Below, piece by piece: positions 16,837 to 25,925 of a stretch of 42,647 nucleotides of DNA (positions are counted from its first letter, which is position 1; every line of letters begins with the position of its first letter). Under the pieces are notes generated by a model. The model was given only the letters and a program-made list of their open reading frames with translations, was not told the DNA's origin and did no database searches. The stretch is from a virus (Duplodnaviria > Heunggongvirae > Uroviricota > Caudoviricetes). Location: the IMG/VR virus record IMGVR_UViG_3300028797_000097. The stretch is one strand, 5' to 3'. A program made the position numbers and the translations under genes.

Positions 16837-17275
16837 GGCTGACCTGGGGGGTGTCAGATTGTCTGACGCCCTTATATGACCTGCCTGACGTCAAGAGATC
16901 TGACGCCATATGGGCATAACGTCAAGGTTTACGACGTAGCCTACGACGCCCCGGGGGCCCCGGGGGGGGCGCCCCCCGTACTGACACCCCGGCGCAAAAC
17001 GGGAACGGGCTTGAAAAAAATGTGTCGAGGCCATATAGGGCTTTAAACCCCCTGGGGGAGGGGGGCCCGGGGCCTTATAGGTTTTGTTTTTCGTGTGTGT
17101 CTCTCTCTCCCAAAAAATAAAAAATTTTAAAAATTTTTGGTTATTTTCTGGTTATCAGGTTATTTCTGGTTCTCTGGTTATTCTGGATTTCAGGATAACC
17201 TTTTATTTTACCCCCGCCCGGGCTTGTTTTTGAAAAGGCTGTCTGCCAAAAAATTTTTTGAAAAATTTTTTTATA
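16837..17275. other. Non-coding GC-rich palindrome/repeat element (candidate replication origin or genome terminus)
   Basis: (T)GACG/CTGAC repeats, G/C homopolymer palindromes, TCTGGTTA-like repeats, A/T tracts, no ORF. Confidence 0.55.
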
Positions 17276-17281
17276 TCCGGG

Positions 17282-17310
17282 TTGAAAAAAGGGCTATTTT
17301 TTGATATATT
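17282..17310 (+). promoter_or_regulatory. Early promoter driving array B
   Basis: TTGAAA-N17-TATATT. Confidence 0.7.
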
Positions 17311-17319
17311 TGGTATATT

Positions 17320-17691
17320 ATGGATAATATGGATATGGAACCTTTATTGAAGTCGTATATTAGGTATGCGATGGGATTTGTGCCTAAGGAGCGGATGGCA
17401 TATGCTACTAATAATGGTAAATATGACCGTATTAAGATATTGGTTAATTCTAAGGGTAATATAATTGAAGAAAATACATATGCTATAACCTTTGAGTTAT
17501 ATAATGGTGAACAGCGTATTATTATAGGTAGTTTGTGGTTATCGGGAAGGAATCTTTATATAATAGAGACGGTATGTAATATCGTATTATATAGAAGACA
17601 TATACAGGAAATGATGGAATTTAATGAATTTTGTGAAAAGAATAATAATATTCCTAAGGGTATATTGAAGATTCCTACGAGGTTAGTATGA
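17320..17691 (+). CDS. Array B paralog 1
   Basis: LKSYIRYA... to IPKGILKIPTRLV. Confidence 0.8.
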   Translation: MDNMDMEPLLKSYIRYAMGFVPKERMAYATNNGKYDRIKILVNSKGNIIEENTYAITFELYNGEQRIIIGSLWLSGRNLYIIETVCNIVLYRRHIQEMMEFNEFCEKNNNIPKGILKIPTRLV

Positions 17692-18053
17692 CAGATTTTG
17701 ATAGTTTAAAATCATATATTGCGTATATTGTGAAAAATACAGGTTTTAAGGTTGAGCAGTGGCTATTACTGTCATTGGTAAATTTAAATAAGGAAAGTAT
17801 TAAGATAACGACTATATTGAATGATGGTAGTGCGTTATTCGATATATTGGATTATTTAGGGAATAATAAGATTATTGGTCGTATATGGTTTAATTGTAAC
17901 CATATAGTGCTTGTTAAAAATGAGGTTGAGCGTTCGCTGTTATATATTGGTTGGCCTGAAGATGTCGATTTATATAGTGTATTTGAGAAGAAAGTGATGT
18001 TACCTGTGGTTCCTTCTGGAATTTTGAAGATTCCTACTGATTTTAAGGTATGA
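17688..18053 (+). CDS. Array B paralog 2
   Basis: LKSYIAYI... to LPVVPSGILKIP. Confidence 0.8.
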   Translation: MTDFDSLKSYIAYIVKNTGFKVEQWLLLSLVNLNKESIKITTILNDGSALFDILDYLGNNKIIGRIWFNCNHIVLVKNEVERSLLYIGWPEDVDLYSVFEKKVMLPVVPSGILKIPTDFKV

Positions 18054-18054
18054 T

Positions 18055-18456
18055 ATGATAGATATTAGCGGAATAACTATGAAAGAATTGACAGAATATG
18101 CCGATTACTGTATGGGTAAGATACCTATAGAGGAGCGTTCTCGATTTCCTGGCGAGATGCGGGGAATAAGTAACGAGGTACGGTGTGACCGATATCATGG
18201 AGTTGAATCTGCTATAATAGATGCAAGCCCTGAGGATAAGAGTTTTATTATAGACATATATGATTCTAGTCGTAGGCAGGTTATGGCGGCTAGGATATGG
18301 TTGAACAACGGGCGTATTTATTTGATTGATTGGCTTGAGACTAGTTTATTATATGATAAGACGCCTGATGGGATTGAAACTTTTGAGGAGTTTAAGGCGA
18401 GGATAACGTTACCTAAGGTTCCTGCTGGGATATTGAAGATACCGGAGAGAATATGA
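18055..18456 (+). CDS. Array B paralog 3
   Basis: LTEYADYC... to LPKVPAGILKIPERI. Confidence 0.8.
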   Translation: MIDISGITMKELTEYADYCMGKIPIEERSRFPGEMRGISNEVRCDRYHGVESAIIDASPEDKSFIIDIYDSSRRQVMAARIWLNNGRIYLIDWLETSLLYDKTPDGIETFEEFKARITLPKVPAGILKIPERI

Positions 18457-18824
18457 GATATAGTGATTGGGAAATATTAATGTATGTAAGGTATTGTCTG
18501 GATAAGGTTTTATATTTTCAGGAAGGTGATCATATAAAAATGAGACATGATCATATAAAACTGAGACATGATTTTTGTAGTGATAGTATTATTATATATC
18601 CAGATAATACTGTTATGGCAGATATATTTTCTATGGGTGGAAGTCTTAAAACGACTGTCGCATTAAGTTTGGGTGAAGTTCATATTTATGCAGTGGATAT
18701 GATAGGTTATACGACATTATATGATGGAAGGCCTGCTACTGTAATGAATATTTCAGAATATATTGACAGTATAACGTTGCCTAAGGTTCCGAAAGGAATA
18801 TTGAAGATACCGGAGAAGTTATAA
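18453..18824 (+). CDS. Array B paralog 4
   Basis: LMYVRYC... to LPKVPKGILKIPEKL. Confidence 0.8.
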   Translation: MRYSDWEILMYVRYCLDKVLYFQEGDHIKMRHDHIKLRHDFCSDSIIIYPDNTVMADIFSMGGSLKTTVALSLGEVHIYAVDMIGYTTLYDGRPATVMNISEYIDSITLPKVPKGILKIPEKL

Positions 18825-19204
18825 TGTATATCGAGAATTATAAAGAAGAATTGATGGAATACATTAAGAGTTCTTTGGATAAGTTGCCATATAAGAGCGT
18901 ATTGTCGTCATTTGACCGGATTGAAATAACTGGGGAAGCGAATAATAATGGGGAATTTAAAGTAGAGTCTGGTATATTGTTTGATATGTGTAATGCAGAA
19001 AATGTAGTTATGTCGGGCTGTGTTTGGTATGATTATGGAACAATATACATTATAACAAAAAATGAAGATTATGAACATTATTATGCTTCAAATTGTTTAT
19101 ATTATGGACATCCTGATACATCTGTTGGTTTTGAAGAGTTTTTGAACAGTCAATTACCTAAGGTTCCAGTTGGTATTTTGAAACTTCCAGAGAGGGTTGC
19201 ATAA
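18824..19204 (+). CDS. Array B paralog 5
   Basis: LMEYIKSS... to LPKVPVGILKLPERVA. Confidence 0.8.
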   Translation: MYIENYKEELMEYIKSSLDKLPYKSVLSSFDRIEITGEANNNGEFKVESGILFDMCNAENVVMSGCVWYDYGTIYIITKNEDYEHYYASNCLYYGHPDTSVGFEEFLNSQLPKVPVGILKLPERVA

Positions 19205-19662
19205 TGACAAATTCTGAAATTGTTAAAGGATATGTATCGTATTGTATTTGTTATGTTCCTCGTGTTCATACAGCACGAGGTGAGATGCCGCTTGCGATAT
19301 TTAAGTTGGCTAATGTAAATATAGAACAGAATTCTAATGGAATTAACTACATTAATTTTGATTTGGTTGACGAATATGGGGTAATGTTTGCCGCGAATCA
19401 AAATTCATTTTATGAAAGAGCATTAAATCCTTATGGATTTTATAATGCTGGTTTAAACCATGTTGTTGTAAAAGGAAATATATCTATGAAGACTGGATAT
19501 ATTCAGTTAATAGATACATTTAATGGTCGGTGGTTTTACAGCGGGATTCCTGATAGTATTCGGACTTTTGACCAATATGTGGAAAATTTGGAAGAACGTG
19601 GACTTAAAGAGAAACCTAAGGGATTGTTGAAGATTCCTGCACATATGATGACAGCGGTATAG
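19204..19662 (+). CDS. Array B paralog 6
   Basis: VKGYVSYC... to KPKGLLKIPAH. Confidence 0.8.
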   Translation: MTNSEIVKGYVSYCICYVPRVHTARGEMPLAIFKLANVNIEQNSNGINYINFDLVDEYGVMFAANQNSFYERALNPYGFYNAGLNHVVVKGNISMKTGYIQLIDTFNGRWFYSGIPDSIRTFDQYVENLEERGLKEKPKGLLKIPAHMMTAV

Positions 19663-19663
19663 A

Positions 19664-20023
19664 ATGGCAGAAATTATAAGTAAAGAAACTGATGATGTGG
19701 AAACATTATATAAATATGTCCAATTCTGTCTTGAGAAAGCCAGAGTCGGGAAGTTATATAATTTGACTTTAGAAAAGCTGACAAAAACAGGAAATTTATA
19801 TTTTTATTATATGACGCAGAATTCTGGAACTCTTAGGATAATGTGTTATATTAATTTACATACATGTTATTATAATGCGTTTGAACCACGATGTCGTCGG
19901 TATATTCATCATAGTATAATAAAGGGAATACCTAATTATATTGATTTTGCAAGTAATAACGAACAAGGATTTGTAAGTGTTCCGAAGGGAATATTGAAGA
20001 TTCCGAAAAATTTAGGAGTATAA
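19664..20023 (+). CDS. Array B paralog 7
   Basis: LYKYVQFC... to VPKGILKIPKNL. Confidence 0.8.
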   Translation: MAEIISKETDDVETLYKYVQFCLEKARVGKLYNLTLEKLTKTGNLYFYYMTQNSGTLRIMCYINLHTCYYNAFEPRCRRYIHHSIIKGIPNYIDFASNNEQGFVSVPKGILKIPKNLGV

Positions 20024-20024
20024 T

Positions 20025-20405
20025 ATGCAACAATATACAGATTTTGAATTAACCAGGGTAAATAGTTATTTCAGGTTATGTATTGATTCGATTAAGGATA
20101 AGTTAGATCTTGAAACATATAACCTTGGTGTAATTTTACCTCATGGATCGGTTATTACATGTGTAGTTAAGTGTTATAAGAAGCCTCGTAATAAAATGGA
20201 TTTATATTCTGTTCTTTATAGGGATTATGCATTGCCTAAACAATATTATTGCATGATTGATGTTAAGCGAAATAATATAACGGTTAAGAACTTAGATGAT
20301 GGTGAAACATTATTTAGAGGAAAAACCGGAGTTAATACCACTTTTTCGGATTTTGTGTATGGTAAAGTTCGAAAAGGATTATTGAAAATTCCAGCAAAGT
20401 TATAA
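20025..20405 (+). CDS. Array B paralog 8
   Basis: VNSYFRLC... to KVRKGLLKIPAKL. Confidence 0.8.
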   Translation: MQQYTDFELTRVNSYFRLCIDSIKDKLDLETYNLGVILPHGSVITCVVKCYKKPRNKMDLYSVLYRDYALPKQYYCMIDVKRNNITVKNLDDGETLFRGKTGVNTTFSDFVYGKVRKGLLKIPAKL

Positions 20406-20408
20406 AGA

Positions 20409-20434
20409 AAAAGACCTGATTAACAGGTCTTTTT
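20409..20434 (+). terminator. Terminator ending array B
   Basis: aaaagacctg-attaa-caggtcttttt. Confidence 0.8.
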
Positions 20435-20455
20435 ATTTTACCCTATAAATAATGT

Positions 20456-21820
20456 ATGACGAAATTATCAGAAAGTGAGAAGTTTAATGACCTTGATATA
20501 AATCGATTGGCTAGACAGGTTAGACAGAATGACGGTCGTGCTAATCGAGGGATTGTATATCAGGACGATAAGCGATATAATGATTATCAGGGTGAGAAAT
20601 GGCTGGATGTAAGAAGTAAGGATAAGAAAACTCTTATTGCAGCTATCCTTGACGGTATGTCTGATGTTCAATATCATTATAAGGGAAAGTTATATAAAGA
20701 TATTAAGAACGAGGATGATTTAATGGCCTCATACGAAGCCAATAAGGCTGTTGTGGACTCGATTTTAAATTTCCTAAGTAAATATATGCATGGACATACA
20801 ACGGTCTACAGAGGCTTCGGATTTAGCTCTGATGAGTATCGTAGGATGAAGCACAAGAATAATATTACATTTGAACATCAGTTCTTGAAAATATTGAATA
20901 ATAGGGGTAAGAAATTTAATTCTTTTAGTGTTTCTCCATTTATAAGTAAGGATTTTGCAGAAGGTGGTGGTAATAAAGCCATTGTCATTGCCGCAGATGT
21001 AGAACCGAATGATATTGCTTTCGCATTTACTGCTTATTTGTTGGGAAGACATGGAAGTCCTGAAGAATTGGAATTGAATATCAATAACCTTAAGGATTTA
21101 AAGAATTTAAGAATTATTAAAGATATTGATGCTGAATGTGCACGATTTGTTAAATATACAGATACAGAAGAAGAATTACAGAAAAGATTGGATTCTGGCG
21201 AATCTATGGAATCTGTATTTAAGTATGTAAAGAAACTTAAGGTTTTTAGCGGAACAATTTATAAATGTGGAACATTATGTGGTGAGGTTATTGTCAAGGA
21301 TAATAAGATTGTTGTTCCTCGTAGTAGAGAAATACATTATATAAAAGACGGAATATTTGTTATTACTCCTATGGATGATCCTACTGAACATAATATATTG
21401 TATAACTTTAATAATGAAACTAAGAGCAAGTCATATGAAGGTATATTATTCTATGGTGCTGATAGCGATGATAAATTGATAATCGCATATAATGGTGATA
21501 ACAAGTATACATTATTGGATATGGAAACATGTGAATCGAAATTCAAGGGATATGCAAAGAAAATTTCACGCTTACCAGGAGTTACATGGTACGGGCAGAA
21601 AAATATTTGGCATACTGTTGAATTTTATTTAGTAACATTAATGGATAACACAGTTACAATTTTCAACAATACTGGTCATTGTGTATTCAGACGTGCCCCA
21701 TATACGTTTACTAAGATTGATTGCGACTCAGATAAATTGATAATGACTTGTCTGGAACAACCTGGTAAAAAACCTCGACGATTCTCAATCAAAAATAATT
21801 TAGCAATCGAAGAAATGTAA
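20456..21820 (+). CDS. Putative ADP-ribosyltransferase (R-S-E type) with C-terminal beta-repeat region; late gene
   Basis: TVYRG...FNSFSVS...EELEL motif order; TATAAATA at 20444. Confidence 0.55.
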   Translation: MTKLSESEKFNDLDINRLARQVRQNDGRANRGIVYQDDKRYNDYQGEKWLDVRSKDKKTLIAAILDGMSDVQYHYKGKLYKDIKNEDDLMASYEANKAVVDSILNFLSKYMHGHTTVYRGFGFSSDEYRRMKHKNNITFEHQFLKILNNRGKKFNSFSVSPFISKDFAEGGGNKAIVIAADVEPNDIAFAFTAYLLGRHGSPEELELNINNLKDLKNLRIIKDIDAECARFVKYTDTEEELQKRLDSGESMESVFKYVKKLKVFSGTIYKCGTLCGEVIVKDNKIVVPRSREIHYIKDGIFVITPMDDPTEHNILYNFNNETKSKSYEGILFYGADSDDKLIIAYNGDNKYTLLDMETCESKFKGYAKKISRLPGVTWYGQKNIWHTVEFYLVTLMDNTVTIFNNTGHCVFRRAPYTFTKIDCDSDKLIMTCLEQPGKKPRRFSIKNNLAIEEM

Positions 21821-21826
21821 AAAATA

Positions 21827-21855
21827 AAACCTAGGAATTAATCCTAGGTTTTTTT
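21827..21855. terminator. Bidirectional terminator
   Basis: aaaacctagga-attaa-tcctaggtttt between convergent genes. Confidence 0.8.
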
Positions 21856-21857
21856 AA

Positions 21858-24800
21858 TTAATAAAAGAATTCGTCTAATGCTGAATCTTCCAATATTAAT
21901 TCGTCGCCTTTTCTCATCCATTTTGAAATAATATACATGGATTCAAATAGGGCACAGAAAGATTTTCTAAACATTGTTTCATAGTCGATTGTAAACAATG
22001 AATCGAACTCCTTTGGCCAGCTATCCAAGAATGCGACAAAGTTAACTGGATTCAAACCTGACTTACCGACTTCCTTATACTTGAACTCATTATTTGGCAA
22101 TACATAAATGTATTTCATCTTTGTATTGTTGTTAATCGGGTTAAGTTTCAATCTCTTCTTTGCGACAACATAGTTATAAGTTAATGCTGCTTTTGCACCG
22201 AAAATAACTGAAGCATTATCACCCTTATCGAATTCAAGACCATTCTTTACATAGTAATCGATTGGTTCTGGAATGTATTTCTTATAATTAGAAATACCGA
22301 TAACTGCAGAAATTTCATTGACACTGGAATTACAATATTTTGTATACGTGTCCTTGATGAATCTATCTGCATGGTCCTTAGACATACCATTACAAATATC
22401 GAATGCTAACTTTTCAGCTGCAACTTTACAGAAGTCAGGCATTGTAGATTTCTTAATAGGAACACCCATGATCTTGTGTTTCGGTCCTTCTGGATGTTTC
22501 TGCATAGATTTCGGCAATGCTTTCCATTCTTCTTCAGTCATTGCAAACTTATCGATTTCACCCATTGGGAAGATAGAACCTTCGTTATCGATTACGTTAC
22601 CAATATAGAGTTTCTTTGCGAAACAGAACATGTTGGTAAAGATATTTTCTCTGTTGAACTTAATCAACTGTTCAGTCTTCTTTAGCTTAGCCTTATAAGC
22701 AAGAACTCCGTTATAGAAATCCTGGAACATCTTTTCTGCCTTTTCGAAGAATGCTCTATATTCATCTGCAACAGACTTGTTGTAATCCATGATTGCTCTA
22801 TTCTTCTTATGCATTTCTGCAAGCTGAGCATCAGTCATTCTATCTTCTGGATGTAACAATTCCTTGATTTGTCTACCAGAGAAATAACCTTCTTCGATAA
22901 GTCTTTGTTTGATTTCATGAATACACATATAACAAGAGTCAGTATCGTTATGGATAATGCAAGCTTCTCTATTAGTAATCTTTAACGACGCCTTGTTCTT
23001 TAATGTAATACCGAAATACTTTTCAATATCTCTGATACATTCTGGTGTTGTATAATAATTATTACAGCACTTAGACAACCAGTCTCTTAAAGTAACTCTT
23101 GCACATCTACAAATTGCTCTAGCACAGTCTGGGTTATAAAGATGGAAGGAACCAGCAAGGGAAACACCATAAACAGAGTTAATGATAAGCTTTTTCGTCA
23201 TCTGTCTATTGTGACAAAGATTTTCCATGTCCTTATCACCTGCAATCTTTGCTTCTTCTTCTTTCTGTTTCCAAATCTTTCTTTCAGCAAAAACTTTCTT
23301 AACAATATTCGGAAGAATTGCATCGTCAGTTCTTAAGAAACCAACTTCTGCAACGTCTGACAATATAACTTCACCAGATTCAATCTGTTCCTTAGTCGGA
23401 TGTCTAACGACAGTTTCTGGAGAAATATTGAACATCATAATGTGGTGAGGATAAGACGACGTAATATCGAATGACATACAATCGTCAAATCTACCAGGAT
23501 AGTCATAACAGTAACCTGCCTTAGTTGCAAACTTTTCAAATGGATGAGGCCATGCTTTAAACTTTTCCATGTCTTCAGAGAAAAGTTGTGCAGTTGACCT
23601 AAATACGCCTTTAACCTTTTTCGGTTTCCAGAACTTTGCAATATCACCACGATAAATTTCAATGCTTTCGCCCTTGTTGATCTTATCCTTGATTTGATAC
23701 TTTATAAATTCTGGATTATCATCTTCCCATTCAGTGTTCTGATAGTAGATGGAACCATCTTTTTGCTTAATCTTATAACATTCTTCTTCAGCCCACCAGT
23801 CTTCATGTTCTTTCTGTTTATCGAGAAGAACTTTACCGTGTTCATGTAAGAATCTAAGAATATAACCAGTCGTTGTAGGAACTTTATTTTGAACTTTATC
23901 AAGAGTAACAAGACAGTCGAAAGCATATTCAATAAGTAACGGAATGAGCTTGTTCTTTTCTTCCATTCTAACGATAAGCATAACGTCTTTTCGGTTATAC
24001 TGTGCGAACCTATCCCAATTATACTTATAGGTTTCGTTAATGGAACCATCATATTCGAGCTTACTATCTTCAAGTTCAAAATTAGCAACATAGTTAAGAG
24101 AATAAGAAGGCATTGGAGGATGGTTTCCAAAGACCTTATACAATTCCATATAGTCGATAGAATACAAGCCAGGAATATCATAAGACATGCCTAAATCAAC
24201 ATCTTCGAGCTTACGGTCAGTAATCTGTTTTGTTTCAGGCATTTTATTGAATGGAGATAACTTTCTTTCCCATTCAGTCCTAACATCTTTATTCTTTAAT
24301 CTTAACTTATTACATCTGTTTACAATATAAGGAACGTCATAAGAGACAGAGTTCCAACCAGAGATAATATCGAAATCCTGTTTCTGGAACCACTTAGTCC
24401 ACTTATCAATCAAATCAATTTCATTTTTACAAGGAATATAGTTTGGTAATTCTTGAACATCACCAAAATATGGTTTTAAGCCCCAAGTATAAGATTGTTT
24501 TGTTTTGGTCGAATAACACGTAATTAAGTTAATTGGCCATTCTGCTTTTTCTGGAGCTGGGAATTCATAAGTAACATAACATGAGTCTTCATACTTGACC
24601 CACATGTGTTGTTGTTCATCGAAAACTTCGTATTTAGATTTATCTTTACACTTTGTATCAAAAGCATATAATTCACATTGACCGAATTTCTTTCTATCGA
24701 TACTTCTGATTTCGATTATATGATCGTCATAGAATGGAGAAGAACCTGCAACTTCAATATCGAAGAAGCAAGTATTCCAATCACTAATGTCTACTGATAA

Positions 24801-25085
24801 TTCAGCTTTATCATAACGTTCATGCATGAATTTGACTTCTGGTTTTAAGTCTGATTCTGCAATGATTGCACCTGATGCTTTTAAAGCTGCGATTTCGTCT
24901 TTATTTGTATAATCATATCGTTTTAACGACCTCTTATACATATCTTTATATTCACCCTTATTTTCTGGGTCTGTAATATAACACCATGGTGAATATTTAA
25001 ATTTTTGCCAACCTGGAACGCCTTGTTCTTTCAGGTATATATTTTTCTTAAAGCTATCGAAATAGCAATTCTTAAATCCTGTCAT
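21858..25085 (-). CDS. Family B DNA polymerase (T4 gp43-like)
   Basis: ExoI FDIE, ExoII GWNS..YD, ExoIII YN..D; pol motifs FDITSSYP, K...NSVYG, DTDS, KKLY; C-terminal SALDEFF clamp-binding-like tail. Confidence 0.95.
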   Translation of the reverse strand: MTGFKNCYFDSFKKNIYLKEQGVPGWQKFKYSPWCYITDPENKGEYKDMYKRSLKRYDYTNKDEIAALKASGAIIAESDLKPEVKFMHERYDKAELSVDISDWNTCFFDIEVAGSSPFYDDHIIEIRSIDRKKFGQCELYAFDTKCKDKSKYEVFDEQQHMWVKYEDSCYVTYEFPAPEKAEWPINLITCYSTKTKQSYTWGLKPYFGDVQELPNYIPCKNEIDLIDKWTKWFQKQDFDIISGWNSVSYDVPYIVNRCNKLRLKNKDVRTEWERKLSPFNKMPETKQITDRKLEDVDLGMSYDIPGLYSIDYMELYKVFGNHPPMPSYSLNYVANFELEDSKLEYDGSINETYKYNWDRFAQYNRKDVMLIVRMEEKNKLIPLLIEYAFDCLVTLDKVQNKVPTTTGYILRFLHEHGKVLLDKQKEHEDWWAEEECYKIKQKDGSIYYQNTEWEDDNPEFIKYQIKDKINKGESIEIYRGDIAKFWKPKKVKGVFRSTAQLFSEDMEKFKAWPHPFEKFATKAGYCYDYPGRFDDCMSFDITSSYPHHIMMFNISPETVVRHPTKEQIESGEVILSDVAEVGFLRTDDAILPNIVKKVFAERKIWKQKEEEAKIAGDKDMENLCHNRQMTKKLIINSVYGVSLAGSFHLYNPDCARAICRCARVTLRDWLSKCCNNYYTTPECIRDIEKYFGITLKNKASLKITNREACIIHNDTDSCYMCIHEIKQRLIEEGYFSGRQIKELLHPEDRMTDAQLAEMHKKNRAIMDYNKSVADEYRAFFEKAEKMFQDFYNGVLAYKAKLKKTEQLIKFNRENIFTNMFCFAKKLYIGNVIDNEGSIFPMGEIDKFAMTEEEWKALPKSMQKHPEGPKHKIMGVPIKKSTMPDFCKVAAEKLAFDICNGMSKDHADRFIKDTYTKYCNSSVNEISAVIGISNYKKYIPEPIDYYVKNGLEFDKGDNASVIFGAKAALTYNYVVAKKRLKLNPINNNTKMKYIYVLPNNEFKYKEVGKSGLNPVNFVAFLDSWPKEFDSLFTIDYETMFRKSFCALFESMYIISKWMRKGDELILEDSALDEFFY

Positions 25086-25210
25086 TTAATTTTACCTTCA
25101 ACTCGCTGTATTATACGGTAATTTATATTATTTATTTTGTTTTACAAATATAATAAAATAATCCCAGAGGAACTTCCTCGTGGGATTTTTATTTAATATT
25201 TTTAAAAATA

Positions 25211-25417
25211 TTAAATGTTTAATGCCTTAACAAATGCGGCGAGATCACTGAAGGCCTGGACATAGCCAGCCTTGAATTCTTCCTTACCGGAAGGAACGTT
25301 AGTCTTCTTAACTTCATCCAAGCGAGCAGGAATAAACTGCTTAATTGCACGAATAGAATTTACGAGGACGTCCTCAGAGTCTACTGCATCGTTAAAGTTA
25401 TTACCGTTAGTCATCAT
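25211..25417 (-). CDS. Hypothetical protein
   Basis: GAGG RBS; terminator-like hairpin at about 25160-25190. Confidence 0.65.
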   Translation of the reverse strand: MMTNGNNFNDAVDSEDVLVNSIRAIKQFIPARLDEVKKTNVPSGKEEFKAGYVQAFSDLAAFVKALNI

Positions 25418-25440
25418 AGTATTTTACCTCATTAAATAAA

Positions 25441-25671
25441 TTATTGTTTTGTTAACCACATGTTATATATTCGTTCATCTTCTTTTTGATTACGAATATT
25501 CTCGGGAATCATTCCTTGATACTCAGCTGGAATGTCACTAAAATCCGGTTTTTGTTCAAACTCATCCCAAGTACTTTGTCTTGCGATTAATTCGGCCATT
25601 TCAGGCATGTTTTCCAGTGCATCCTGAACATTAAAACCGTGTTTTCTATCTCTTTTATACTCTGGTATCAT
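25441..25671 (-). CDS. Hypothetical protein
   Basis: ATGA overlap with infA. Confidence 0.6.
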   Translation of the reverse strand: MIPEYKRDRKHGFNVQDALENMPEMAELIARQSTWDEFEQKPDFSDIPAEYQGMIPENIRNQKEDERIYNMWLTKQ

Positions 25672-25925
25672 ATTCTGTAGAGAATTCTCCCTTTTGTCAT
25701 ATCATAAATGGACAATCCTAATTGAACTCGATCACCTGGTAAAATTCGAATTCTGTTCATTCTTATCTTACCACAAATTGTACATAGAACTATTTGTTCA
25801 TTGTCCAGTTTCACATCGAACATAGCATTTGCACGGGCTTCTATAACTGTCCCTTCAACTACTACTTCGGACAAATTCTGTTTTTCACCTTTCTGAGATT
25901 TTTTATTTTCTTTATTCTTCTTCAT
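25668..25925 (-). CDS. infA: Translation initiation factor IF-1
   Basis: [18 protein letters not shown]...[16 protein letters not shown].....[11 protein letters not shown]. Confidence 0.92.
   Translation of the reverse strand: MKKNKENKKSQKGEKQNLSEVVVEGTVIEARANAMFDVKLDNEQIVLCTICGKIRMNRIRILPGDRVQLGLSIYDMTKGRILYRI

Noticed and set aside
17320-20405. KGILK as the eukaryotic PP1-binding SILK motif
   Set aside because: The promoters, RBSs and gene content indicate a bacterial host, so the short match is probably coincidental.
12018-20405. Diversity-generating retroelement or integron explaining the arrays
   Set aside because: No reverse transcriptase, template/variable repeat pair, integrase or attC-like sites are visible in the window.
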